A stretch of DNA of 64,000 nt from Podospora anserina (taxonomy: Eukaryota), in NCBI GenBank assembly GCA_017654855.1, contig CM030332.1:1-64000 (forward strand). Direction: 5' to 3'. Each line of letters opens with the position of its first letter. Within the stretch, counting starts at the first letter, position 1. Position numbers and translations under genes: made by a program. Below, in pieces: positions 1 through 11,819 of this stretch. The notes below the pieces were generated by a model that was given only the letters and a program-made list of their open reading frames with translations, was not told the origin of the DNA and searched no databases.

Positions 1-29
1 CCCTAACCCTAACCCTAACCCTAACCCTA
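1..29 (+). repeat. Telomere repeat (CCCTAA)n, left chromosome end
   Basis: The window opens with four perfect CCCTAA plus CCCTA, the C-strand of the TTAGGG telomere of filamentous ascomycetes. Confidence 0.97.
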
Positions 30-1650
30 CCATATATTTATAGCGGTTAATCTTAACGGATCTTTTCTATATATTTATAATAATTAAAATTTCTTTTTAT
101 ATATTTATAGCCGTTAGCATTTTCTTTTATATATATATAAGTTAATATTCCTTTCTATATTTATATAGCGGTTAACACTTTTTCCTTTTTATATATACGG
201 ATTACTATTCCTTTCTATATTTCTATAGCGGTTAGTTTAACCTACCCTTATATATATATCGCGGTTAACACTTTTTCTATATATATATATACGGGTTACT
301 ATTCCTTTCTATATTTCTATAGCGGTTAGTTTTAACCTACCCTTATATATATATCGCGGTTAATACTTTTTTCTATATATATATACGGGTTACTATCCCT
401 TTTTATATTTCTATAGCGGTTAGTTTTAACGTATCCTTATATATATATAGCGGTTAGCCCCTTTTTCCATATATATATACTAGTTTATATTCCTTTCTAT
501 ATTTATATAGCGGTTAATTTTAATTAATATATATATATATATATTTTTAACCCTTAATAGTCTTTTTATTTATATATAACAATTAATACTTTTTTTATTT
601 ATATATATACCGGTTAGTATTCCTTACTATATATAAAGCGGTAAATCTTTATATATATTTATAGCGGTTAACACTATTTACTATATCTATATAGCGGTTA
701 GTATTTCTTTCTATATATTTATAGTAATAAGTTTTAATAGATCTTTATATATATATATAGCGGTTAGCGCTTCTTTCCATATATATATACGGGTTACTAT
801 TCCTTTTTATATTTATATAGCGGTTAGTTTTAACCTATTTTTATATATATATATAGCGGTTAGCACTTCTTTTCACATATATATACGGGTTACTCTTCCT
901 TTCTATATTTTTATAGCGGTTAGTTTTAACGTATTTTTATCTATATATATCGCGGTTAATACTTTTTTCTATATATATATACGGGTTACTATTCCTTTTT
1001 ATATTTCTATAGCGGTTAGTTTTAACGTATCCTTATATATATATAGCGGTTAGTATTTCTTTCTATATATATATACGGATTATTATTCCTTTCTATATTT
1101 ATATAGCGGTTAGCACTTCTTTCTATATATAGATACGGGTTACTATTCCCTTTTATATCTATATAGCGGTTAGTTTTAACGTATTTTTTTATATATATAT
1201 ATCGGTTAGTATTTCTTTCCACATATATATACGGGTTACTATTCCTTCTTATATTTATATTACAATTAATTTTAACGTATTCTTATATATATATAGCGGT
1301 TAATACTTTTTTTTATATATATATAGCGGTTAATACTCTTATTACTATATATATAGCGGTTAATACTTTTCCTTACGTATATATAGCGCTTAATACTTTT
1401 TTTTATTTATATATACCGGTTAATATTCCTTTCTATATTTATATAGCGGTTAGCACCTTATTTATTATATATATAGCGGTTAATATTTTTTTTTTACGTA
1501 TATATAGCGGGTTTAATATATTTATATTTATATATAGTTATTAGCTTTTATATAGTTTTATATATATATATAGTAATTCGTATTCCTTCTTACTAATATA
1601 TAGTAGTTAGTCTTTATATATCCTTATATATATATATAGCGGTTCGGGTA
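30..1650. repeat. Telomere-adjacent degenerate tandem array (~95-bp unit made of ~31-bp subunits), RIP-mutated
   Basis: TATATAGCGGTTA and TATACGGGTTACTATTCC recur. The ATACGG(G/A)TTA subunit recurs near 195, 290, 384, 788, 884 and 980. TpA is extremely enriched. Confidence 0.88.
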
Positions 1651-2023
1651 CTTTCCTACTTATATATAATAATTATATATTCTTTAAATTTTTATATTAT
1701 AATATATAGTTTTTTTTCGTTTATATATATTAAGTATTAATATTTATATATATATATATATATTAATTTAACTTTATTTATTTAATTTATAAAGAATAAT
1801 AAATTTTATATTTTAAATTTATTTAATTAATAATTTTTTTTACTATATATTATACCCTTATTTAATTACTTCTTTCTTTCTTTCTTTATTAATTATTTAA
1901 TTTCTTTATACTATTTAAAAATATTAATAAAAAGTCTCTTCATATTTATTAATTTCTTTTTTATTATAAAATATTATTATTTTTTTCGTAAAATAATATA
2001 TTTAAAGTTTTATAAATATATTT

Positions 2024-2385
2024 ATATAAATTTCGGTTATATTTTTAAAAGTATAAATAATAATATAAACTTTTTAAAGAATTCGGGGGTTTATAGGTTA
2101 TATATATAAATAATTTATTTTTAATATTTTATTTTAAATATAATATTAACTTTTCTTTTTTTATATTTTATATATTATACGTATATAGGCTATTCTAGCC
2201 CTCTAATTAAGCCGTTCCGGTACTTATTATATAGCTTGCGAGCCTATAATATCTTTTCTTTTTCCTACGTATAGTATAGCTTACTAACAAACTCTTATTA
2301 TATACATATCTTTATAATATTATAATTAATTTTATATATTCTTCTACTATTATAATATAATATTTTTCTTTATTTTTATTTTTAT
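2024..2385 (+). mobile_element. Heavily RIP'd solo LTR, family A
   Basis: GGCTATTCTAGCCCTCTAATTAAGCCGTTCCGGTACTTATTAT...GCGAGCCTATA aligns by eye with the family-A LTR at 21892-22252. Ends are approximate. Confidence 0.7.
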
Positions 2386-2435
2386 TTATAAAATATATAT
2401 ATATATATATTTTTTTAAAAAAAAAAACCGTAGTA

Positions 2436-5400
2436 TTACTCTATTAACTTTAGATATCTCGTACGAATTTCCTCCCACACTTTAACCCAAACTAATACCA
2501 TCACAGAACACTCAATATCCAATACTTTTACCCGTATAAATAACCGACGTACTACCCCCATCTCGTTATCCAATATAACCCCGTATTTCTAACAAAATAC
2601 TTTAATATCCTCTTTAAACTAACCTAAACCCCTTTTTTTAACTATAACTAACCCTATTATTAATTTTATCCTATACGAATAATCTTTCCTAGACTTATAA
2701 AACGAACCCTCGTCTTCCCTTAACGGTTCCTACCGCCTATAAAACCTTTTTAGAACCCCACACTTATTATACCCCTAGAAACCTCTGTTTAACTTTCGTA
2801 CGGTACTTAAACTTAAATCCCTAACCCTTAAAAGCTAATCGCCTAACTCCACGCTTTTTTTTTAAGCCCGTTTATCCTTAAGTAAATCTTCTAATATATA
2901 TAGCTTTTCTAATTTACTAAGAAGTTTAATTAATTACGAAATATTTTATACGATATTATAGAATCTATAGGCCGTCGATTATTAAAATTCGTACTATATA
3001 TATTCCTCTTTAAACTTAATATACTTTAAAAAATAAATTATATAATTTACCCGTAATTATAAAAATACTTTAATTATAACCTTTACGTTTCGTATAATAT
3101 CTTTCCTCCTTTCCTACTCTTTTATAATAACCTAACGTTACTTTTCTTTATTAATAATTATATCGAAAGCCTACTTATTTATAGCCTCCGGGATTACTAT
3201 ATAATAAGACCTATAAGCCTCCTCCTTTATTCAGAATAATTCTATACGAGCTATACTAAAAAACCGCTCTTTATATAACCTATATAACTCCTCGCCCTCC
3301 TTATACCCGGCCCTATCTATCTACCTATCCATTACCTAAAAAAGAATAATCCTATAATATAAATTACTATCCCGTACGAAATACTCTATCTCTAGTAACG
3401 TTAAATCTATAGTTCCGGTAATTAATTTTCCGGCCGTACAATTCTTTATAAAAAAAATTATCGATTCGGCCTTTACTCCGTCTCTCCCGGCTCATCCGCT
3501 TTCTTAAATAAAGTCCTTTAATATCTTTAAAAGCCCGGTATAGAAAATATATTATACGTCTAGAATATCGATATTAATATTTAGGGCAGACGTTATTATA
3601 ATAGCACTACTACTTTTAATCTACCCTCGTACGATCTTACTCTTCTAAATACTCTCTTTTACACTACTATAGTATACCGGACACTTAAGTAAATATAAAA
3701 TAACTTTAATAAAATCGATCGAAAGGAAATAAATAATAACCTTTATACGAGGATCACGGTTACCGATAAAATTAACTTACTAATAAAGGGCTTAAAGGAC
3801 AGCCTTTTAATCTCTACACTTAACTATAGAGTATTTAATATTCGATCGGAATATAATAAACCGTACGATAATTACTTTTTACGAATTAAAATATAAACTT
3901 TTATAAAACCTTAATAAATCCCGAGGTAAAAAGGTAGCTATTAAAAAAAGTAATTATATCCCGATTAAAACTATATATTAACCGATTTACTAAAGGAGTA
4001 ATCGAAATTCGTACGACGAGTCTAAAATAATATAATACTCGTTAAAAATAATCCGGTTAAACTATTATCGTATATTAAACCTATTAACGAAAGTTTTAAA
4101 CGTTTTAATATTAAAGGCCTCCGGGGTTATAAAAATAACTTAATTAATCGAAACTTTTTTAAAACTTTAAATCGTATAACTAATCCTTAATTTTTTATAA
4201 CGCTAAACTATATTCTTTTATAGTACTATAAAAAAAAAAATAATAATAATAACCCCGTCCTTCGTATAATAAACTAAGAGTAAAAAAATAATACTCTTTC
4301 TACTACCTATCCCGGTAATATAAAGGATTAGGTTAAACCTTTATACAATAAAAATTAATATTTCGCGCTAATTACCCTTAAAACTAATATTAAGGTTATT
4401 AAATATTTAACGGAAATAACCCTTAATATTAAAGCTAATTAAGTACCGGAATCGTCCTTACTATACGGTATAACGCTAATTTTAGAAAAGGTTAGTTTTA
4501 GTTTACTAAAGAGTTAAAATATCGTCCGAGCTAAAGGTAAATAACTAGTACTATAATTAATTAAGCTTTATAAACCGCTATTATCGTACGGTATACCTTA
4601 ACCTTCCTTAATTAATATACTTAATATATACTATTCTAATAATCCTTTCCGAGTAGCCGGTTTAGGCCGTAATAATAGGATTAAAGCCCTTATTTTCGTT
4701 ATCCTCGTCGTAACTAAAATTAAATCCGTTATAATTATCGGACGACGGTACTATTTTATTTTTTAATAAACTCTTTAAAATAAAATAAATAAAAAATTAA
4801 TAGATAATACCTATAGCAATATAACGTTAAGGCCGAATATTAATTTTAAATCCGAGGTAACGCTCTATATACAATACGAGGGCCCAACTAACTTTATTGG
4901 ACGACTATTAATTTTCTGGATTACCGGAGGATATACTTTAGCCGGCACCCCTAAACTTAATATCTTTAAATAGCCGTATAAATTTAAAATCCCAAAAGAA
5001 TAAAGTAAGGGTAAAGGCTTCGTTAAACTAATATTATAAATTAAGGTAAAAAGGGTAGATAAGCTAAAAGTATCGTACAACGCTTATACTTAATTCCCTT
5101 AAAAAATAACGATAAATAACTTTTAACTATCCGGTATAGCTTAACCCTTTATTATACTATAGTACGATTACGACTATACCGTACTAAATAAATATATTTT
5201 TAAGCCCTTTAACCGGTATATTATGGAACCTTATACTTAAAAGCTTTATCGTACGAGGCGGTAACCCTACTAATAAATAGACGGCGATAAAAAGGAGGGA
5301 TCGGAACTTATTTACCCGGTCTAGATACGATTAGGCTTCGGTCGTATAATAAATATAATTATTACTTTATTTTCTTAATTAAAGTTAAATAAGGGAAGGA

Positions 5401-7142
5401 TTTTCGGTAATTCGTTATATAATTTAATTCTAAGGCCGCCGGAAGTATATATTACTAGGATCGGAAAAAAAGAAATACCCAATTTTATTCTAATTTATAT
5501 TATCCTTTAAATTATTTTAAGGAATTTCCGGAATAAAAATACCCGATATTAACGAGAAAGTTAAGTTTTAAACCGTATAATTAATTTTATTAATTAAAAT
5601 ATATATTATTTCGGCTAGGGCGTTAATAGTAATAAAGATATTTTAATATATAATAGTAGTACCGTTAAACGTAAACCTACCTTCGAATACTATAGAGCTA
5701 TTAATAGTTATACTATACGTACGAGCCTCTAAAACCTAGTCTATTGGTGTAAGGTAGTTACTTTAATAAACCTTAGTTATAAACCTCGAGACTTTAGAGC
5801 GAACGATATTAAAAAGATTAAGCTTTTTACTTACTTTTTTTAGCCGAGTAAACTTATAAAGTAAGTATCGTATAATAAAAGCCTTACCGAGAGTAACGAT
5901 AATAGAAAAGAGTAATATAAAGTCGGACGGGGTATATTACTTTCCATTATTTTTTAGGGCTATAATAGTTAGGGTAGAGAGGAGGGTACTTTCGTATAAC
6001 GACTATAGGAGAGAATAATCTAAAAGTCTAATAAAAAAATCGATAAGTATTTAATTTAATAACTCTTTTCCGGCCTTATCGCTACCGTAATAAAACTCCT
6101 ATATTACTTATATAATAATCTTTAAACTTCTTATTTAACTAACGTTTAAATCGTACGGTAGCCGATCCTATTAATCCTAGCTTTATATACAGTAAATATA
6201 CTTAAAAATCCTTTTCTAAATAAAAAAGTATTTTTATATTATACGAAAGATTAAACTATTATTATTAAAAGGTTTAAAGGGTTTTTAATCGATTATTTTT
6301 TTATTAATCTCGAATAAAACCGGGTAACCGATTTTATTAAACGACGACCTTACTATTATATTAATAGTAACTTAATTAATCCTCTCTTAAATTTTATAAA
6401 GAACCGTAAAGGTAATTAGATTTTTACCGTCCAACTATCCCTCGTTTAGGTTAAAAAAGGTCGAACGATATACGGTTTACTAATTTAAAGATCTAAAGTA
6501 ATATACTTAATTTATCCTATTTAATTAAGGATTTAAAATTAATTATTCTTTACTTACTATAATAATTATTAATATTTATTAAAGGGTTAAATTAATTGTA
6601 TAATAAAATACTATAAACTATTCTTTTCGTCTTTAAGTTTATTATACGAGGTTAAAACTCCCGGTTACCGGCTTCGTTAATCGTACTTTAAAATATTTAA
6701 TAATTAATTGGTTTTTAAAAAACCGTTAGTAATATATTTTAGTTATTTAAGGTCCCTAATATTATTAAGCTACTTTAATATTTCCCCTTTTTATATTAGG
6801 GTTAACTTAATCGTATTTCGTACAGTAATATTTTTATATCGCCCTCTTAGTCCGTATAATATAAATATAAGTATCGTACTTTAATTTATTAAAAGAAAAC
6901 TTCCTTAATTCTGGAATTAGGTTAATTACCGTAGAAGGAAGTATAAAGTTTATTAAATTTTATTATTTTCGAAAAACCGTTAATAAATTATTATACTCTT
7001 ACACGATATTTAATTTATTTATAACTATAATATCTTTATAAGACGTACGAAAATAAGTAAATACTTTATTTATAAAAATAGTTACTTTATATTTTTTATA
7101 AATAAAAATTTAAAAACGGGAAATATAAATAAAAGGGTTTAT
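2436..7142 (-). pseudogene. TLH: Telomere-linked RecQ-type helicase (TLH), full length (~1568 codons), inactivated by RIP
   Basis: One minus-strand frame is kept throughout, with RIP-type stops. De-RIP'd motifs: N-terminal PF.H.P.F..LICKKCK...HLRTSH (DUF3505-like, from 7142); TPMDWVLEARTYG (~5710-5750); Walker A-like ITG(T)GS(G)KS (~4293-4319); L(D)RI.F(D)E(CH) (4032-4058); (A)TSAL(G)..ID.(P)DV(R) and (Q)ESG(R)AGRDG (~3477-3600). All are in frame with the start at 7142 and the stop at 2436. Confidence 0.92.
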
Positions 7143-7269
7143 TTTAGTATAGTATTAATAGTAATATAATAGTTATATACGATGCGAGATGTTATTAAAT
7201 TAAAATTTATTAGTAAATTTTTTTGGAAAAGGATACCCTATTAAAGGTAAAGTGGGTTACGTATAAGTG

Positions 7270-8170
7270 GATAAGGGCAGTAGCGTGCGGTTACCGGGGT
7301 TTAGGTCCCGTATAATAATTAGGGCGTACCTAGGTAGGAAGGTAGTAGGGTACGGTTGCTAGTCCTATACGATAGTCAGGGCGTGCCTGGGCAGGAAGGT
7401 AGTGGCGTGCGGTTACCGGGGTCTAGGTCTATAAAAATAAACCTTTTCCTCTAAAGCAAGCCTTTTCTTTTAAATCCCTCGATAGGCTAGCTATGCAATA
7501 GAGCCTTATTATTCCGATCCAAGCGTCTAGGTCCCGTACGGTAAATAAAGCTCGCCTAGGCACGAAGGCAGTGGCGTGCGGCTGCGAGGATCTAGGACCA
7601 TTTCTTCTAACTACCTCGACTGCCTAACTATACAACAGAGCTTTATTATTCCGATCTAGGCGTCTGGGTCCCGTACGGTAGGCAAGGCTCGCTTAGGCGC
7701 GAAGGTAGTAGCGTGCGGCTACGAGGATCTAGGACCATTTCTTCTAACTACCTCGACTACCTAGCTATATAATAAAGCCTTATTATTCCGATTAAGGCGT
7801 TTGGGTACCGTACGATAGTTAGGGTATACCTGGGCAGGAAGGTAGTGGGGTATGGTTACCGGATCTAGGTCTTTAAAAGCGGACCTTTTTTTCTAAATCC
7901 CTCGATAGGCTAGCTTTACAATAAAGCGTTATTATTCCGATTAAAGCGTTTAGGTACCGTACGATGGTTAGGGCATGCCTCGGCAGGAAGGCAGTGGCGT
8001 ATGGTTGCCAGTCCCGTACGATAGTTAGGGTATGCCTCGGCAGGAAGGCAGTGGCGTGCGGTTGCCGGGGTCTGGGTCTACAAAGCAGGCCTTTTCTTCT
8101 AAATCCCTCGATAGGCCAGCTATATAATATAGCCTTATTATTCCGATTAAACTGTTTAAGTACCGTATAA
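7270..8170. repeat. GC-rich helicase-associated tandem array, copy 1 (units ~137-170 bp and ~56 bp)
   Basis: The unit GTCCCGTACGRTA...GGCACGAAGGYAGTGGCGTGCGGYTGC...GCCTTATTATTCCGATC has anchors at 7309, 7365, 7535, 7672, 7809, 7958, 8015 and 8164. It lies just upstream of the TLH start. Confidence 0.93.
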
Positions 8171-8355
8171 TAAAGTTTAATTAAAAGATATAGATATTTA
8201 GTTCCCGGACGGTTATATAGTAAGTCTATTGTATAATAGAATAATATAAATATCGTATAATAGAATAATATAAATATTGTATAATAAAATATTATATAAT
8301 AATAAAAAAGTATTATATAATTTTTATACGGGGTTTATAGATTTATCGTTTATTA

Positions 8356-9036
8356 ATATTATTACTTAAAAGGTAATATAAAAATCTTAAAGTATAATAA
8401 TTAAGCGGTATATACGGTTTTAAAGTTTTTAAAGGTATAAGTTTAATTCTAATTAAGGCCCTTTTCTAATAAACTTTTAATCGTATAAATTAATTAATTT
8501 TTAAATAAATATTTAAGATAGCTCTTATCCTTACTACCCGTAGCTCGTACGAGGTTATCGACATTAGTTAGCCTTATATTAAAAGCCTAATAAATAACTT
8601 CTATATTAATATTAATATATATTTTTCCCGTACGATAATGCTTAAATTAATAAATATATAGGAGATATAATAAGTAATTTCGGCTCTACTATCGGCCGAT
8701 ATCGAATACGTCCCTGGTAAAATAAAGGGGGCTAAAATACTAGCTCGTCCGAGCTACTTAAATATAATTTTAATCTAGAGCCGTAGTTTAATAGCTATCT
8801 CTCCCTATACTACCTATACTAATAAGCCTAATAGAAGGCCGTTTAAAGATTATCGTACGATAAATAAATATTAAGGTAGTGTTTATAGTAACTATAAGTA
8901 GAGGGATTACGGTAGTAAATATAGTTTTTATACCGCTAAATAAAGCGGTATTAAAGCCGAGGAAGAGAGCGAGGGAAATAAGGGAGCGGCGGAAGAAAGC
9001 TAGGAGCCTATAGTTATTAGTAATTCCGATAATTAA
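8356..9036 (+). pseudogene. DUF3716-like Cys-rich protein gene, RIP-inactivated, divergent from TLH (copy 1)
   Basis: The frame starting at 8701 reads ...KILARPSYLN.ILI*SR(G)...P(C)TT(C)...PFKD(C)...(G)V(C)(G)N(C)K*RD(H)GSK(C)SF...EEESEG...EPIVIS(D)SD(D)*. RPSYxNxxLIQSRG, CxxC, GPF and GxCxNCxW..C match DUF3716 as I know it. Copy 2 keeps GPF and has TGA where this copy has TAG, implying an ancestral TGG (Trp). Start is approximate. Confidence 0.8.
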
Positions 9037-9069
9037 ATAAATCGTATAATAATAAAAATCGATTAATTT

Positions 9070-11022
9070 TATATTTTTTATTTATAATTCTATACCGCTC
9101 GTACGATAATATACTTTATACTATTCTATGTAACTCGTTTAAGTAATTCTAATACTATCTTTACTTTTTATTTTAACGGGAAAAATCTTATCGGATTATA
9201 TAACTTACCTTTTTATTACTTAACTTTACTTTACTATTTACGTATATTATTAATATACTTATACCTAACTTTATATTTTTTACTTATAATTCTATACCGT
9301 TTATATAATAATATATTTTATATTATTCTGTGTAGCTCGTTTAATTATTTTTAATAGTATTTTTACTTTTTATTTTAATAGGAAAAATCCTATCGGATCG
9401 TATAACTTACTTTTCTATTACCCAACCTCACTTTACTATTTACGTACATTACTAATATACTTATACCTAACTTTATATTTACTATTTATAATTCTATACC
9501 GCTCGTATAATAATATACCCTATACTATTCTATATAGCTCGTTTAAATAATTCTAATAGTATCTTTATTTTTTATATTAATAGAAAAAATCCTATCGGAT
9601 CGTATAACTTACCCTTCCATTACCCAACCTTACTTTACTATCCACGTATATTACTAACATATTTATACCTAACTTTATATTTTTTACTTATAATTCTATA
9701 CCGCTCGTATAATAATATACCTTATACTATTCTATATAGCTCGTTTAGGCAATTTTAATACTATTTTTACTTTTTATTTTAATGGGAGAAATCTTATCGG
9801 ATCGTATAACTTATTTTTCTATTACTTAACCTTACTTTACTATCTATATATATTACTAATATACTTATACCTAACTTTATATTTATTATTTATAATTTTA
9901 TACCGCTCGTATAATAATATACCTTATACTATTTTATATAACTCGTTTAGGTAATTCTAATAGTATCTTTGCTTTTTATATTAATAGGAGAAATCTTATC
10001 GGATCGTATAACTTACCCTTTTATTACTTAACCTCACTTTACTATTTACGTATATTACTAATATACTTATACTTAACTTTATATTTTTTATTTATAATTC
10101 TATACCGCTCGTATAATAATATACTTTATACTATTCTATATAGCTCATTCAGGTAATTTTAATACTATCTTTACTTTTTATTTTAACAAAAAAAATCCTA
10201 TCGGATTATATAACTTACCTTTCTATTACCCAACCTTACTTTACTATCTACGTATATTACTAATATACTTATACCTAACTTTATATCTTTTATTTATAAT
10301 TCTACACCGCTCGTACGATAATACACCTTATACTATTCTATATAACTCGTTTAATTATTTTTAATAATATCTTTACTTTTTATTTTAATAGGAGAAATCT
10401 TATTAAATCATATAATTTACTTTTCTATTACCTAACCTTACTTTACTATTTACATATATTACTAGCACACTTATACCTAACTTTATATCTACCATTTATA
10501 ATTCTATACCGCTCGTACGATAATACACCCTATACTATTCTATGTAACTCGTTTAGGTAATTCTAATAATGTCTTTACTTTTTATATTGATAGGAGAAAT
10601 CCTATCGGATCGTACAACTTACCCTTCTATTACCCAACCTCACTTTACTATCTACGTATATTACTAGCATACTTATACCTAACTTTATATCTTTTATTTA
10701 TAATTCCATACCGCTCGTACGGTAATACACTTTATACTATTCTATACAGCTCGTTCAGGCAATTTTAATACTATCTTTACTTTTTATTTTAACGGAAGAA
10801 ATCCCATCGGATCGTATAACTTACCCTTCCATCACCCAACCTCACTTTACTATCTACGTATATTACTAGCATACTTATACCCAACTTCATATCTTTTGCT
10901 TATAATTCCACACCGCTCGTACGATAATATACCTTATACCATTCTATGCAGCTCGTCCAGGCGATTCTAATACTATCTTTGCTTTTTATTTTAACGGGAG
11001 AAATCCCATCGGATCGTACAAC
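9070..11022. repeat. 202-bp tandem array, copy 1 (~10 units)
   Basis: The CCGCTCGTAC/TATA anchor falls at 9100, 9504, 9706, 9908, 10110, 10312, 10514, 10716 and 10918, an exact 202-bp period. The last units are the least mutated. Confidence 0.95.
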
Positions 11023-11124
11023 TAAATTCTTCAACGGATCCTACCCCCTGTTTCTAAAGTGGGGCCTTTTTTTTAGTGCGCTTTTCAACGGATTGTACTA
11101 CAATCCATCGGAGAATAACTGATA
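11023..11124. other. Inner terminus of subtelomeric unit, copy 1, with palindrome GGATTGTA-C-TACAATCC (11090-11106)
   Basis: About 100 bp are repeated at 16423-16524. Identity between the two copies stops after ...GGAGAATAACTRATA. Confidence 0.7.
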
Positions 11125-11683
11125 GGGTTAAACTAATCGTACGATAGGATATTATAAACTACTTTTTTTATTTTTAGGTTTATTATACGAGGTCGGGATT
11201 TCCGGCTACCGGCTCCGTTAATCGTACTTTAAAGTATCCGGTAACGAACCGGCTTTTAAAAAACTATTAGTAATATATTTTAATTATTTAAAATCCTTAA
11301 TATTATTAAACTACTTTAATATTTCCCCCTTTTATATTAAAATTAACTTAATCGTACCTCGTATAACAATACTTCTATATTACTTTTTTAATCCGTACGA
11401 TATAAGCGTAAGTATTGTACTTTAATTTATTAAAAAAAGGTTTCCCTAATTTTAAAATTAGGTTAATTACTATAGAAGGAAGTATAAAGTTTATTAAATT
11501 TTATTATTTTCGAAAAACCGTTAATAAATTATTATACTATTATATAATATCCGGTCTATCTATAATTATAATATTTTTATAAGATATACGAAAATAGGTA
11601 ACTATTTTATTTATAAAAATAATTACTTTATATTTCTTATAAATAAAAATTTAAAAGTAAGAGATATAAATAAAAGGTTTTAT
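11125..11683 (-). pseudogene. TLH: 5' fragment (~560 bp) of a second TLH copy, RIP'd
   Basis: Collinear with 6584-7142 (e.g. TTATTATACGAGGT...CCGGCT(T/C)CGTTAATCGTACTTTAAA). It is truncated at the junction with the terminus of unit 1. Confidence 0.88.
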
Positions 11684-11819
11684 TTTAGAATAGTATTAAT
11701 AGTAATATAATAGTTATATACGATATAAAATATTATTAAATTAAAGTTTATTATTAAGTTTTTTTAATAAAGGATACCCTATAGAAGGTAGAGTGGGTTA
11801 CGTGTAAATAGATAAAGAT

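Noticed and set aside
11090-11124. Calling the TLH unit a Helitron on the basis of hairpin plus CTRR
   Set aside because: No HUH Rep motifs or Pif1-type helicase are seen (the helicase is SF2 RecQ-like), and the shared end extends past CTGA.
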